Source: a virus (lineage: Duplodnaviria; Caudoviricetes). From it: a stretch of 33,801 bases of DNA. This document shows, one piece after another, positions 1 to 7,506 of the stretch (position 1 is its first letter; the number at the start of each line of letters is the position of its first letter). Below the pieces are notes generated by a model. It was not told the DNA's origin, did no database searches, and was given only the letters and a program-made list of their open reading frames with translations. The position numbers and the translations under genes are program-made. The stretch lies in the IMG/VR virus record IMGVR_UViG_3300049486_000043, positions 1 to 33,801 of that record; one strand, 5' to 3'.

Positions 1-127
1 GTAAAGTTTTTCCACACTGGACTATTTGTCAGTCCAGCGCGTTTTGCATCTTCAAGGCTGAAAGATTCAGTCCAAGTGTCTCCGTTGTCGGCTCTTTTAC
101 CGTGTAGAATGCAGATAGTATCGTCGC
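1..127. repeat. Terminal direct repeat, left copy (circularisation overlap)
   Basis: 1-127 is identical to 33675-33801; 127 matches a common assembler k-mer; a CDS reads through the junction. Confidence 0.95.
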
Positions 128-407
128 TTTTGCGATCGCGAGTGATGCTGTGATGCTGAGCTCGAATCAACGAGTTCATCATGCGAGCTGACATCTCGAC
201 CTTGCCTTTCACGTAGTAAAGACCTCCGCCTAAAGCTTGGCGAGGATCAACGTTTAAAGACTTAGCTGTTTCGACTATTGCGAATATTCCTTCCGCGCCC
301 ATCTTGGCGTAGTGAGGTGTTTTCATCAGCATTTGGCAAAGCTGCTGTGTATTTTGCAACTCTGTCATTACCGATGATGGTGTACTTTTCATAACTTCGT
401 TATTCAT
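1..407 (-). CDS. RecT/Redbeta-like single-strand annealing protein, 5' part (continues at 33674..33266; about 271 aa in total)
   Basis: Missed by the ORF track. ATG at 407 after AGGAG; manual translation MNNEVMKSTP...LNVDPRQALGGGLYYVKGKVEMSARMMNSLIR...FSLEDAKRAGL..VWKNF continues in frame across the junction; lies upstream of a YqaJ exonuclease. Confidence 0.85.
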   Translation of the reverse strand, partial: MNNEVMKSTPSSVMTELQNTQQLCQMLMKTPHYAKMGAEGIFAIVETAKSLNVDPRQALGGGLYYVKGKVEMSARMMNSLIRAQHHSITRDRKSDDTICILHGKRADNGDTWTESFSLEDAKRAGLTNSPVWKNF

Positions 408-418
408 GTGGTTTTCTC

Positions 419-745
419 CTATTGTGTAGCTGTGGCTTGCGCTCTACTGAGGGCAACACCGAGGTTAAACAAGTGATCTGAAAATTCAGGGGTCCTTTTC
501 TTAAGAATCGGTTGTCCCGCAGGCAGCTTCAAATCAAACTGACCGCAAATTTCGTCTAAACAATCTTCTAATTTGGCAACATCGCCAGTCACATAGACCG
601 CTTCAATAACTCCAGTCAAAAAGTCACGAACACTGTCTAAATCTGGGATATCGTCTTCATGAACCCAGCCGTAATCGGCTGGTGATTCAGGTTCTGGGTC
701 TGGATCGTACCAAGAATCCGGGGGTCCGTAATCGCAATACGCCAT
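419..745 (-). CDS. Hypothetical acidic protein
   Basis: ORF track 419..757; probable ATG at 745 after GGAGG; tightly packed in the leftward operon. Confidence 0.7.
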   Translation of the reverse strand: MAYCDYGPPDSWYDPDPEPESPADYGWVHEDDIPDLDSVRDFLTGVIEAVYVTGDVAKLEDCLDEICGQFDLKLPAGQPILKKRTPEFSDHLFNLGVALSRAQATATQ

Positions 746-747
746 GA

Positions 748-1026
748 CTACCTCCATACCGTTGAGTGTTTTAGAATCTCAACACGGTAGGAACCGCGAA
801 ACGCCATGCTTGTTTTAATTTCGATTGGAATAAAACGGGTTTTTTGCTCAAGATCGCGAATTTCTTCAGCAGATATTGAGTCCATCTGGCAAACTAAATC
901 AAAATAAATATTATCTTGATCGGCACCTTTAAAAATGAAGTGACAGCTAGGGGCTTCATACCGTGCAACGGACTGAGCCTCTTTAACTTCTTGATCGATT
1001 AGCTTGAGGATTCTCGCGCTTATCAT
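748..1026 (-). CDS. Hypothetical protein, first gene of the leftward operon
   Basis: ATG at 1026 preceded by AAGGAGAAAACCAC; no HTH or peptidase motif visible. Confidence 0.7.
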   Translation of the reverse strand: MISARILKLIDQEVKEAQSVARYEAPSCHFIFKGADQDNIYFDLVCQMDSISAEEIRDLEQKTRFIPIEIKTSMAFRGSYRVEILKHSTVWR

Positions 1027-1123
1027 GTGGTTTTCTCCTTCGTGTAGCAAGTTCTTAGCTCATGATGCATGATATTACCTATTCCGAGGTAAGCTACAGT
1101 GGCACCTATCGCTTTATGTACAT

Positions 1124-1153
1124 ATCTTACACTGGAGTGATATTTCCGGTCAA
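1124..1153 (-). promoter_or_regulatory. Putative sigma70-type leftward early promoter
   Basis: Minus strand TTGACC-N18-TAAGAT in the divergent intergenic region. Confidence 0.55.
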
Positions 1154-1245
1154 GTGGAATTACCTTTTTTTTTCATAGCGTCAAAATTCCGGTTAAGATA
1201 TTTTGGAATAATAAACTTTAAGATCACACAAAAGGATACACTACA

Positions 1246-1530
1246 GTGGAACTTGACTACTACCTGTTTAAGAGCAAAAGGACTCAGAAGGAATTCGCGG
1301 AAAAGATAGACATGTTGCCGCATTCACTATCATTTATCGTGAATGGGAAGAAAGCTCCGAATTTGTATCACGCAATGCAAATTCATTATGAGAGCGGCGG
1401 TAAGGTTACACTCTTTGACCTTTTAAAGCCAGATGAAAAGGAAAAACTTGATAAAAAATATGGCATCTTAAAGAAGGAATGTGTATACAGGAAAGACATG
1501 CCAACTGAGGAAGATAATGCCTCAGGATAA
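1246..1530 (+). CDS. Cro-like XRE helix-turn-helix regulator
   Basis: TQKEFAEKIDMLPHSLSFIVNGKKAP HTH and IHYESGGKVTLFDL tail; first gene of the rightward operon; GTG start after AGGA. Confidence 0.85.
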   Translation: MELDYYLFKSKRTQKEFAEKIDMLPHSLSFIVNGKKAPNLYHAMQIHYESGGKVTLFDLLKPDEKEKLDKKYGILKKECVYRKDMPTEEDNASG

Positions 1531-1537
1531 AAAAGAC

Positions 1538-1619
1538 GAGGGTCTCCCCAAACCACTAGTTCGACCCTCTGGGCTACACGCAGGAGAACTCCCCCTTTAT
1601 AAGGGGCGTTCTGCTGTGA
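1538..1619 (+). promoter_or_regulatory. Two-box RNA element copy (hairpin with AAACCAC loop, GCTACACGC, second long hairpin)
   Basis: GAGGGTC/GACCCTC stem (1538-1544/1563-1569), AAACCAC 1550-1556, GCTACACGC 1573-1581, then AGAAC..CCCCTT-TAT-AAGGGG..GTTCT stem. Confidence 0.6.
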
Positions 1620-1761
1620 GATGTACTGAATTTAACATAGGTAACACTTTCAAGCTACACATTTCTCGTAAAAATGTGAGGCTAAATAAAATAGGCTCTT
1701 ACACAAAGACCAAAAATTGAAACCTTTAGCAATGAATCATAAAAAAAAGAAAAACCTCGTC

Positions 1762-1833
1762 TATGACTCACAGACAAAAGGGATGCTTCCTGTTATGACG
1801 CACAACAAAAAAGGAAATTTTCTGTTATGACTC
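1762..1833. repeat. Three direct repeats TATGAC(T/G)C at 32-bp spacing
   Basis: TATGAC at 1762, 1794 and 1826 with partly similar spacers (CAAAA..GG...CTGT). Confidence 0.75.
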
Positions 1834-1951
1834 GGCTACATTATATCAGGTCTATCTTTTTCCGCCACACTTTTTTAGACAAAGAGTGTTCAAGTCCCTA
1901 CACCCCAGTGTATGCGGACCTCTACGTAAATTTAAACTCAGGTATCACGAA

Positions 1952-2164
1952 ATGAATAAACAAGGATTCTTCCTGCCATACGACCTTATTGAAAAAATTG
2001 GGTGCACCGCCGCTATGAAACTAGCAATGTTTCACTATCAAAAAACCCCCATGGGGAGACACACACTATCAAAGCTCATCCGAGAAGGATATCTCCTCAA
2101 AGGAGAAGAACGAGTGACTATCGCTCCTCACGTGATAGAACTTTTCGCCCAAGGTAAGGAGTAA
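1952..2164 (+). CDS. Hypothetical protein upstream of the initiator
   Basis: ORF track 1886..2164 (GTG); ATG at 1952 is the more plausible start; may be a small winged-helix-like protein. Confidence 0.55.
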   Translation: MNKQGFFLPYDLIEKIGCTAAMKLAMFHYQKTPMGRHTLSKLIREGYLLKGEERVTIAPHVIELFAQGKE

Positions 2165-2168
2165 AAAG

Positions 2169-3080
2169 ATGACTAGAGACACACTCTTTTGGCTCTACGC
2201 TGACAACTATCGGACGTACAACGTACACGTCGCAAGAAAACTGGGATCTATATACGCGGCGATACTCCTATCCGAGATCGCCAGCAGGTATAAATACCAC
2301 AAAGAAAAACATGAATTGGAAATTGACTCTGAAGGCAACGGCTGGTTCTACTTTACTCAGGAAGAGATAGAGCGACGAACCACCATGAGTCGTAAGCAAC
2401 AAGATACAGCATTAGAAATTTTGGTGTCAAAGGGATTGATCGAAAAAAAAGTGATGGGTCTTCCAGCTAAACGATTCTTCAGATTGAAAGCTGACGAAAT
2501 CAATAAGTTTTTTGAAGAAGAAAGCGAGGGTGATGACCAAACAGGGGTACAAACTAGTTTGTCCAAAACGGACAAACTGGATTGTCCGAAAGGTACAAAC
2601 TGGTCTGACCAAAAAGGGCAAACTGCTCATATATATAAAGAACCTAAAGAAGAACCTCATAAAGTATCTATATCGGCTGGCGCCGAAAGAGAGAGAGAGA
2701 GGTTGGTTTTACCCCCCATTGGTCTTAAAAAGACCTACGGCGAGCTGAATCTTGTCAAACTCAAGGACGAAGAGCACGCGAAGCTCATTGAGAGGTTCGG
2801 CGCTGACCAAACCAAAGTGCTCATCGACAGGCTCGACCTCTATCTCGGACAGAAAGGCGACAAGTACAAGAGCCACTACGCAACAATTCTTGCGTGGATC
2901 GAGCGCGACAAGAGCGACGCCAAGAAAGACGAAGCCTCACCAGTAGCTAAACACCGTCAGGGATCAAAGCTTGCCTTCGAGAAGGAAAAAGACACGTGGA
3001 AGCCACCAGCTCCAGAGAAGAAAGTCTACACCGATGAGGAGAAAGAGAAGCTCTTCAAAGAATACGGAGTCCGTTTATGA
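2169..3080 (+). CDS. Phage replication initiator (lambda O / DnaD-like replisome organiser)
   Basis: N-terminal wHTH (GWFYFTQEEIERRT...KGLIEKKVMGLPAKRFF), central iteron-coded linker, C-terminal KYKSHYATILAW motif; followed by a DnaC-like gene. Confidence 0.85.
   Translation: MTRDTLFWLYADNYRTYNVHVARKLGSIYAAILLSEIASRYKYHKEKHELEIDSEGNGWFYFTQEEIERRTTMSRKQQDTALEILVSKGLIEKKVMGLPAKRFFRLKADEINKFFEEESEGDDQTGVQTSLSKTDKLDCPKGTNWSDQKGQTAHIYKEPKEEPHKVSISAGAERERERLVLPPIGLKKTYGELNLVKLKDEEHAKLIERFGADQTKVLIDRLDLYLGQKGDKYKSHYATILAWIERDKSDAKKDEASPVAKHRQGSKLAFEKEKDTWKPPAPEKKVYTDEEKEKLFKEYGVRL
2534..2665. repeat. Probable replication origin: four 23-bp iterons plus AT-rich tract within the initiator gene
   Basis: CAAACT cores at 2550, 2573, 2596 and 2619, each preceded by G(A/T)CC(A/G)AA; followed by CATATATATAAAG and two AAGAACCT copies. 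Confidence 0.8.
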
Positions 3081-3637
3081 GCTGGGAAGACTTCTGCAAG
3101 CTAAACAACGTCGGCGTACGCTTCCAGAACGCGCAGATAGGACGAGCAGAAAAGCTGCCTAATGAAATCGTCACCAGTGGACTTGCTTGGTGTCAAAAGC
3201 CGCATAGCCTCGTATTGCATGGACCGGCAGGAAGAGGGAAAACATACCTGACTCACTGCCTCATAAGAGAAGCTATCCGTCGTTTCGGTCTATGTGCCGT
3301 CCGGTGGATAAAGTCCAAAGCTTTAGACGACAGGATCTTAAAAGATTTCAACCAATACGGAGACTCGAGCTACCTGATAAAAACTTTCATTGAAGTACCA
3401 ATTTTGTTTATAGACGACTTCGGTGTTGATAGGTCCTCTGAAAGAACGGAAAGAGACTATTACGAGCTGATTGATGCTAGATGGGAGAACATGAGCCCAA
3501 CCGTGATTACTACGAACTTGACGCCCGAGTTGCTAGAAGAAAAGTATGGTTCGAGGATTTTTTCACGGCTAAAAGATTCTAAATGGATCAGCTTTAACGG
3601 ATTACCAGATTTAAGAGGAGAAAATATATGCCACTAA
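3077..3637 (+). CDS. DnaC/IstB-like AAA+ helicase loader
   Basis: Walker A GPAGRGKT, Walker B ILFIDDFG, ITTN sensor and RIFSRL motif. Confidence 0.9.
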   Translation: MSWEDFCKLNNVGVRFQNAQIGRAEKLPNEIVTSGLAWCQKPHSLVLHGPAGRGKTYLTHCLIREAIRRFGLCAVRWIKSKALDDRILKDFNQYGDSSYLIKTFIEVPILFIDDFGVDRSSERTERDYYELIDARWENMSPTVITTNLTPELLEEKYGSRIFSRLKDSKWISFNGLPDLRGENICH

Positions 3638-3942
3638 TAGTTTTGCAGGAAGCAATAGAGCAGGTGTACGGAAACTTGGACAGATTTGATTTCGGAGAGA
3701 TGCTACGTGTCTCGAGGGAAGCGATAGGACTTAAACAATTTAAAGCGTCTGAATTCTTGGGGATTGCTCCCGCTCGGCTCAAGAACTTGGAGACCGGATA
3801 CTTTCGGTCAATGCCAAGTGAAGCTGAGATGCAAGCGATATCAAGGCTTTACGATATTCAATACGGCATCGTCCACGAGAAGGCAAAGTCTCATGTCGAC
3901 GAACATACAAAAGCTAAAAAGGTAAGGATGCATGATGAGTAA
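3628..3942 (+). CDS. XRE-family HTH protein
   Basis: LRVSREAIGLKQFKASEFLGIAPARLKNLETG pattern. Confidence 0.75.
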   Translation: MPLIVLQEAIEQVYGNLDRFDFGEMLRVSREAIGLKQFKASEFLGIAPARLKNLETGYFRSMPSEAEMQAISRLYDIQYGIVHEKAKSHVDEHTKAKKVRMHDE

Positions 3943-4183
3943 GACATGTAACATCTGCTACGAGGAGAAGCCTCTTGAGCAATTTTACATACAAAAGGGT
4001 AAACCGATGTGTCGATGCAAGGATTGTCAGCGAATGTATGCTCGCAAGTGGCATCAACTTAACAAGTTAAAGATGATGGAAACTCGGGCTAAGTTTCACA
4101 ATTCAAGATACAGAACTAAAAAAATGGCAGAAAAACAGGCGATGGAGTTCAAAAGTGCAAGCACAAGAACCGAGGAGACCTGA
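3932..4183 (+). CDS. Small zinc-finger protein
   Basis: KTCNICYEEKPLEQFY...CRCKDC, like the N-terminal Zn ribbon of phage HNH/EndoVII proteins; no nuclease domain follows. Confidence 0.7.
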   Translation: MMSKTCNICYEEKPLEQFYIQKGKPMCRCKDCQRMYARKWHQLNKLKMMETRAKFHNSRYRTKKMAEKQAMEFKSASTRTEET

Positions 4184-4724
4184 TGAAATCATTGACGATG
4201 AGATGTTCGAAAGAGAGTTCGATCGAATGCTTCGGGAGTTTCTCTTGCCAAGAGAATACGCGGTCCTCCAGCTCAGGTTCTGGGAAGAGCTTACTCTTCG
4301 AGAAGCCGGTAAAAGACTTGGGATTTCTCAAGAGAGGATCAGGCAAATTGAGCTCAAAGCCCTTCGCAAAATGCGGCATCCAAGCCGGGTTAAGGAGCTT
4401 ATGAAACTAGGCGGCTTAGTAGATCAAGTGAGGAGATGGTGGAATGGTGAGTCAACAGAAAAGACTTTTAATTCACCTATGGAATTCCCCCATGATGACA
4501 ATCAAGTTGTTCTTACTAAACGACCTAACGTTACAGAAATTGACCCAGATGGACCGGTTCCGGACTTCGTAGTGATCGAAAGATGGGACTCAGAAAGCCC
4601 GCCATACTTGGCGATTAGGGTCGGTGAGCTTGGGAAGTTTCCTCCATTGACGATGGACCAGTACAACAAATGGCTTAAAGAAGCTTTAGAGAGAGAGCAA
4701 GATGCACTTGGTTATTCAAAGTAA
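4155..4724 (+). CDS. Protein containing sigma70 region 4 only
   Basis: LLPREYAVLQLRF..LTLREAGKRLGISQERIRQIELKALRKMRHPSR closely follows RpoD region 4.2; no region 2 is visible. Confidence 0.8.
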   Translation: MQAQEPRRPDEIIDDEMFEREFDRMLREFLLPREYAVLQLRFWEELTLREAGKRLGISQERIRQIELKALRKMRHPSRVKELMKLGGLVDQVRRWWNGESTEKTFNSPMEFPHDDNQVVLTKRPNVTEIDPDGPVPDFVVIERWDSESPPYLAIRVGELGKFPPLTMDQYNKWLKEALEREQDALGYSK

Positions 4725-5307
4725 GCCGCAAGCGCAAGCGAGGCATAGACACCGATTTCAAGGTGGGCGCGTTATAACGTTTGATCCCGATAGTCGCGAT
4801 AAAAAAGCGTGCCAATCCCTGGTCGTTTCGCAAATGCGTCTAAAACGCACAGAAATGCTCCCAGAAACGCCGATCGCGATGGAGTTGATAAACTATACCA
4901 AGATACCCGAATCGTGGTCTAAACGGCGTCAAAATGAGGCGGAAGGCAAACCGTGTATTGTGCGTCCTGATTTGGATAACTACATTAAGTTTTACGGCGA
5001 TGTATTGAATGGCATCGCGTTTCATGACGATCGGCAGATAACATCGATCTGGTCAGAGAAACTTTATTCTGGTAATCCTAGAGTAGAGATAATTTTAAAA
5101 CCTTATGGGGTCAATATGATTAGTGAACATGCGATAACCATAAAGGGCGAAATCAACTTAGAAGACTTAAATTACATGGTTAAAAAAGCAAATCGCCTTG
5201 GCATGCAAAACAGACAGATAGTGCGAGTCTACTCGCAAGAAGACGACGAAGGAAGACACATTTATTTCGAAGCCGAGGCAATAAAAAGCTATGCAGACGC
5301 TGAGTAA
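4702..5307 (+). CDS. rusA: RusA-family Holliday junction resolvase with C-terminal extension
   Basis: KPQAQARHR start, RPDLDNYIKFYGDVLNGIAFHDDRQI catalytic motif, KLYSGNPRVEI. Confidence 0.9.
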   Translation: MHLVIQSKPQAQARHRHRFQGGRVITFDPDSRDKKACQSLVVSQMRLKRTEMLPETPIAMELINYTKIPESWSKRRQNEAEGKPCIVRPDLDNYIKFYGDVLNGIAFHDDRQITSIWSEKLYSGNPRVEIILKPYGVNMISEHAITIKGEINLEDLNYMVKKANRLGMQNRQIVRVYSQEDDEGRHIYFEAEAIKSYADAE

Positions 5308-5563
5308 TATGATGACTGAGTATCGATTTGAGCTTCCTTTTCGACCAAATGACAACGTTGTTCTCTTGGTCAGCAATGGGAAGATGGCAGGAATTGCAGC
5401 ACCTAGCGAGAAATATGCGAGAAGCCACGCCGACAAAATACACGAGCTTATGATTTTGGTTATGAAACAACCAAACACAAAGTCAGGTGTCTGGATTTTC
5501 CGGATAAGTGACAACTGGAAGACCGTATACGGAGAGCTGATCGCAACAAAGGAGGAAAAGTGA
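5291..5563 (+). CDS. Hypothetical protein
   Basis: ORF track; packed in operon. Confidence 0.6.
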   Translation: MQTLSNMMTEYRFELPFRPNDNVVLLVSNGKMAGIAAPSEKYARSHADKIHELMILVMKQPNTKSGVWIFRISDNWKTVYGELIATKEEK

Positions 5564-5772
5564 AGTACCAATTAACCATCGAAGGCGACTTTTACGAAGA
5601 TTGGGAAGAGCTCAAGCAGTTTGTCCATGCAAGAGACGCTATCTCGGCTATGTGGGAAGCCCGGCAGAAACTAAGAACTCAGCTTAAACATGGTGACTTT
5701 GAAGATGAAAAGGTCATTAGATTTTTAGAGGAATTACAAGATTTATTATACGTTGCAGCATTGGAGGATTAA
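5560..5772 (+). CDS. Hypothetical protein
   Basis: GTG start after GGAGG, GTGA overlap with the previous stop. Confidence 0.7.
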   Translation: MKYQLTIEGDFYEDWEELKQFVHARDAISAMWEARQKLRTQLKHGDFEDEKVIRFLEELQDLLYVAALED

Positions 5773-5966
5773 TGAACAAACATTTAGAGATTGCATATCA
5801 ACACTTGGTTAATGGACTCAATACATTTGAAGTCAATTCGCCTCAATGGAAGTTTTGCCTAACATCGTTGATTGGCTATGGCGGTATGGTACACGAACTT
5901 ACCGTATCGGACGATGACGACGACGGCGAGTGCGATCTATGCGCGAGGTGCCAATGCAGTTCATGA
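5772..5966 (+). CDS. Hypothetical protein
   Basis: TAATG coupling and GGAGG RBS. Confidence 0.65.
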   Translation: MNKHLEIAYQHLVNGLNTFEVNSPQWKFCLTSLIGYGGMVHELTVSDDDDDGECDLCARCQCSS

Positions 5967-6268
5967 CATGCACGACATGTCAACGCGTTGTCCAGCTTAA
6001 CAACACTGGAATTTGTTTGGGATGCCAACGAGGTTTCCCAAACATGGATGCCGAAGACGTGTACAAGCCGCCTGTAAAAACAGATAAAGAGCTTGAAATT
6101 GAGAAACTTAAAACAAGAGAAAAGGAGTTGGAAGATGCCATTAACAAAGGGTTACAGCAAGAAGACAATCAGCAAGAACATAAAGAAGGAAATGGAGAGC
6201 GGCAAGCCTCAGAAGCAAGCAGTGGCAATCGCACTCAACGTCGCAAAAGACGCCAAAAAGAAGGCTAA
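5954..6268 (+). CDS. Hypothetical protein with N-terminal CxxC..CxxC and coiled coil
   Basis: ATG at 5954 after GAGG; CTTC...CLGC. Confidence 0.6.
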   Translation: MQFMTCTTCQRVVQLNNTGICLGCQRGFPNMDAEDVYKPPVKTDKELEIEKLKTREKELEDAINKGLQQEDNQQEHKEGNGERQASEASSGNRTQRRKRRQKEG

Positions 6269-6278
6269 GAAAAAATAA
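6135..6278 (+). CDS. Small Lys-rich phage protein (MPL.KG.S...KQAVAIAL type)
   Basis: ATG at 6135 after AAGGAG; MPLTKGYSKKTISKNIKKEMESGKPQKQAVAIALNVA, a pattern I recognise from phage small proteins. Confidence 0.75.
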   Translation: MPLTKGYSKKTISKNIKKEMESGKPQKQAVAIALNVAKDAKKKAKKK

Positions 6279-6288
6279 AGGAGAAAAC

Positions 6289-6606
6289 ATGAGCATTGAA
6301 TGCATGAAATACAAGCCGGTAAACAAAGGCGTTCTGCTTGGATATGCCGATATTTACGTACCAAAGATGGGACTTGAAATCTACGGATGCTCCTTCTTTC
6401 AAAAAGATGGTCGCCGTTGGATAAACTTTCCCTCGAAGGAATACAAAAATGATCTTGGCGAGACCAAGTACGCTTCGATCGTGAGATTCCGCGAGGCAAG
6501 CCATATGGAAGCTTTTACCGAAGCATGTAAAAAAGCCATTGAGAAAAAGTGCGCAGAAACACAACCGGTACAGCAAAGCCATGAAGAAGAGGAACTCCCT
6601 TTCTGA
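6289..6606 (+). CDS. SpoVG-like nucleic-acid-binding protein with SSB-like acidic tail
   Basis: LGYADI...GLEIYGC...KDGRRWINFPSKEY pattern and C-terminal EEEELPF. Confidence 0.65.
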   Translation: MSIECMKYKPVNKGVLLGYADIYVPKMGLEIYGCSFFQKDGRRWINFPSKEYKNDLGETKYASIVRFREASHMEAFTEACKKAIEKKCAETQPVQQSHEEEELPF

Positions 6607-6914
6607 TGGATAATGAAAGAATGAGGGCATTAGCGCATATGGAACAAGACAGCTTAGCTTTAGGATGTGGCGAATGGTGTGCAAACCTTTATGACTCCTC
6701 CGGCAATGTCGTTCTTTGCGCTTGTGGAGCTCCAGCAGGTTGCGCAGTTATGGGAAAACACTCGATGTTAGCGTGGTGCGAAAAATGCTCACCAGTTGAA
6801 AAGCACGAAGCAAAGATGGTTTATAAGCCGCCTTTAGAAATAGATAATTATATTAAAGACAATTGGATTATTAATCTTGAAGAAACAAAAGAAAACATTG
6901 GAACAACTGATTAA
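6606..6914 (+). CDS. Hypothetical Cys-containing protein
   Basis: TGATG coupling; CACG...CEKC. Confidence 0.6.
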   Translation: MDNERMRALAHMEQDSLALGCGEWCANLYDSSGNVVLCACGAPAGCAVMGKHSMLAWCEKCSPVEKHEAKMVYKPPLEIDNYIKDNWIINLEETKENIGTTD

Positions 6915-7188
6915 TGAGTTCTTAGATGTATGGGATTGCAAACAACAAATAGCGTTTTTGCGAGACATCATACCTTTATTTGAGCTCTACGACGTTGAAG
7001 ACGAAGACGATTGGGTCAAAAATGCTGTCGGCGAAGAGGATGAAAGAAACGTACGATTGGTTCGTACAGTTTATTTAATTTCAAGAATTGCCGAGTTCCA
7101 CGCTGGTAAGCTTTGCTCAATCAAGATGAACTTTAAGGATCTATGGCAAAAAATGGAAAAGCAAAATATCGAATCGAATAAGGCATGA
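6877..7188 (+). CDS. Hypothetical protein
   Basis: ORF track, TTG start; fills the operon gap. Confidence 0.6.
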   Translation: MKKQKKTLEQLINEFLDVWDCKQQIAFLRDIIPLFELYDVEDEDDWVKNAVGEEDERNVRLVRTVYLISRIAEFHAGKLCSIKMNFKDLWQKMEKQNIESNKA

Positions 7189-7304
7189 CTAAGAAGAAGT
7201 ATTACAAAAAGAACCATAGGGATTGTCCATGCTGTGGATGGCAAGGTCACGTTAGGTTGAATACTAGAAAATGGTTAGGACATAAGAATGGAATGGATCA
7301 ATAG
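7185..7304 (+). CDS. Small basic Cys-containing protein (39 aa)
   Basis: Below the ORF-track cutoff; ATGA overlap; MTKKKYYKKNHRDCPCCGWQGHVRLNTRKWLGHKNGMDQ. Confidence 0.5.
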   Translation: MTKKKYYKKNHRDCPCCGWQGHVRLNTRKWLGHKNGMDQ

Positions 7305-7506
7305 AGAGACTGAATTTCCTGATTGCGATTGGATTCTTTGTTGCGCTGGAGACAAGGTTTTTATCTGCGAATTAGTGGAAAGCAAGTGGGGGAACCGTTA
7401 TCACTCGACTGATTGGGGGCATGGAGAATTTCAGGATATGCCCGAGTGGACTCATTGGATGCCTCTTCCCAAACCATACAAGGAAAAACCATGCGATGGT
7501 TCATAG
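7288..7506 (+). CDS. DUF551-like protein
   Basis: MEWI....P start and THWMPLPKP end. Confidence 0.8.
   Translation: MEWINRETEFPDCDWILCCAGDKVFICELVESKWGNRYHSTDWGHGEFQDMPEWTHWMPLPKPYKEKPCDGS

Noticed and set aside
1481-1720. 79-aa ORF overlapping the cro-like gene
   Set aside because: No convincing RBS or motif; the region is better explained by RNA hairpins and boxes.
1762-1833. Mini CRISPR array
   Set aside because: The conserved core is only about 8 bp, spacers resemble each other and there are no cas genes.
2740-3140. Locally higher GC3 in the initiator C-terminus as a sign of recent mosaic exchange
   Set aside because: Visual impression only; cannot be quantified here and no boundary repeats were seen.
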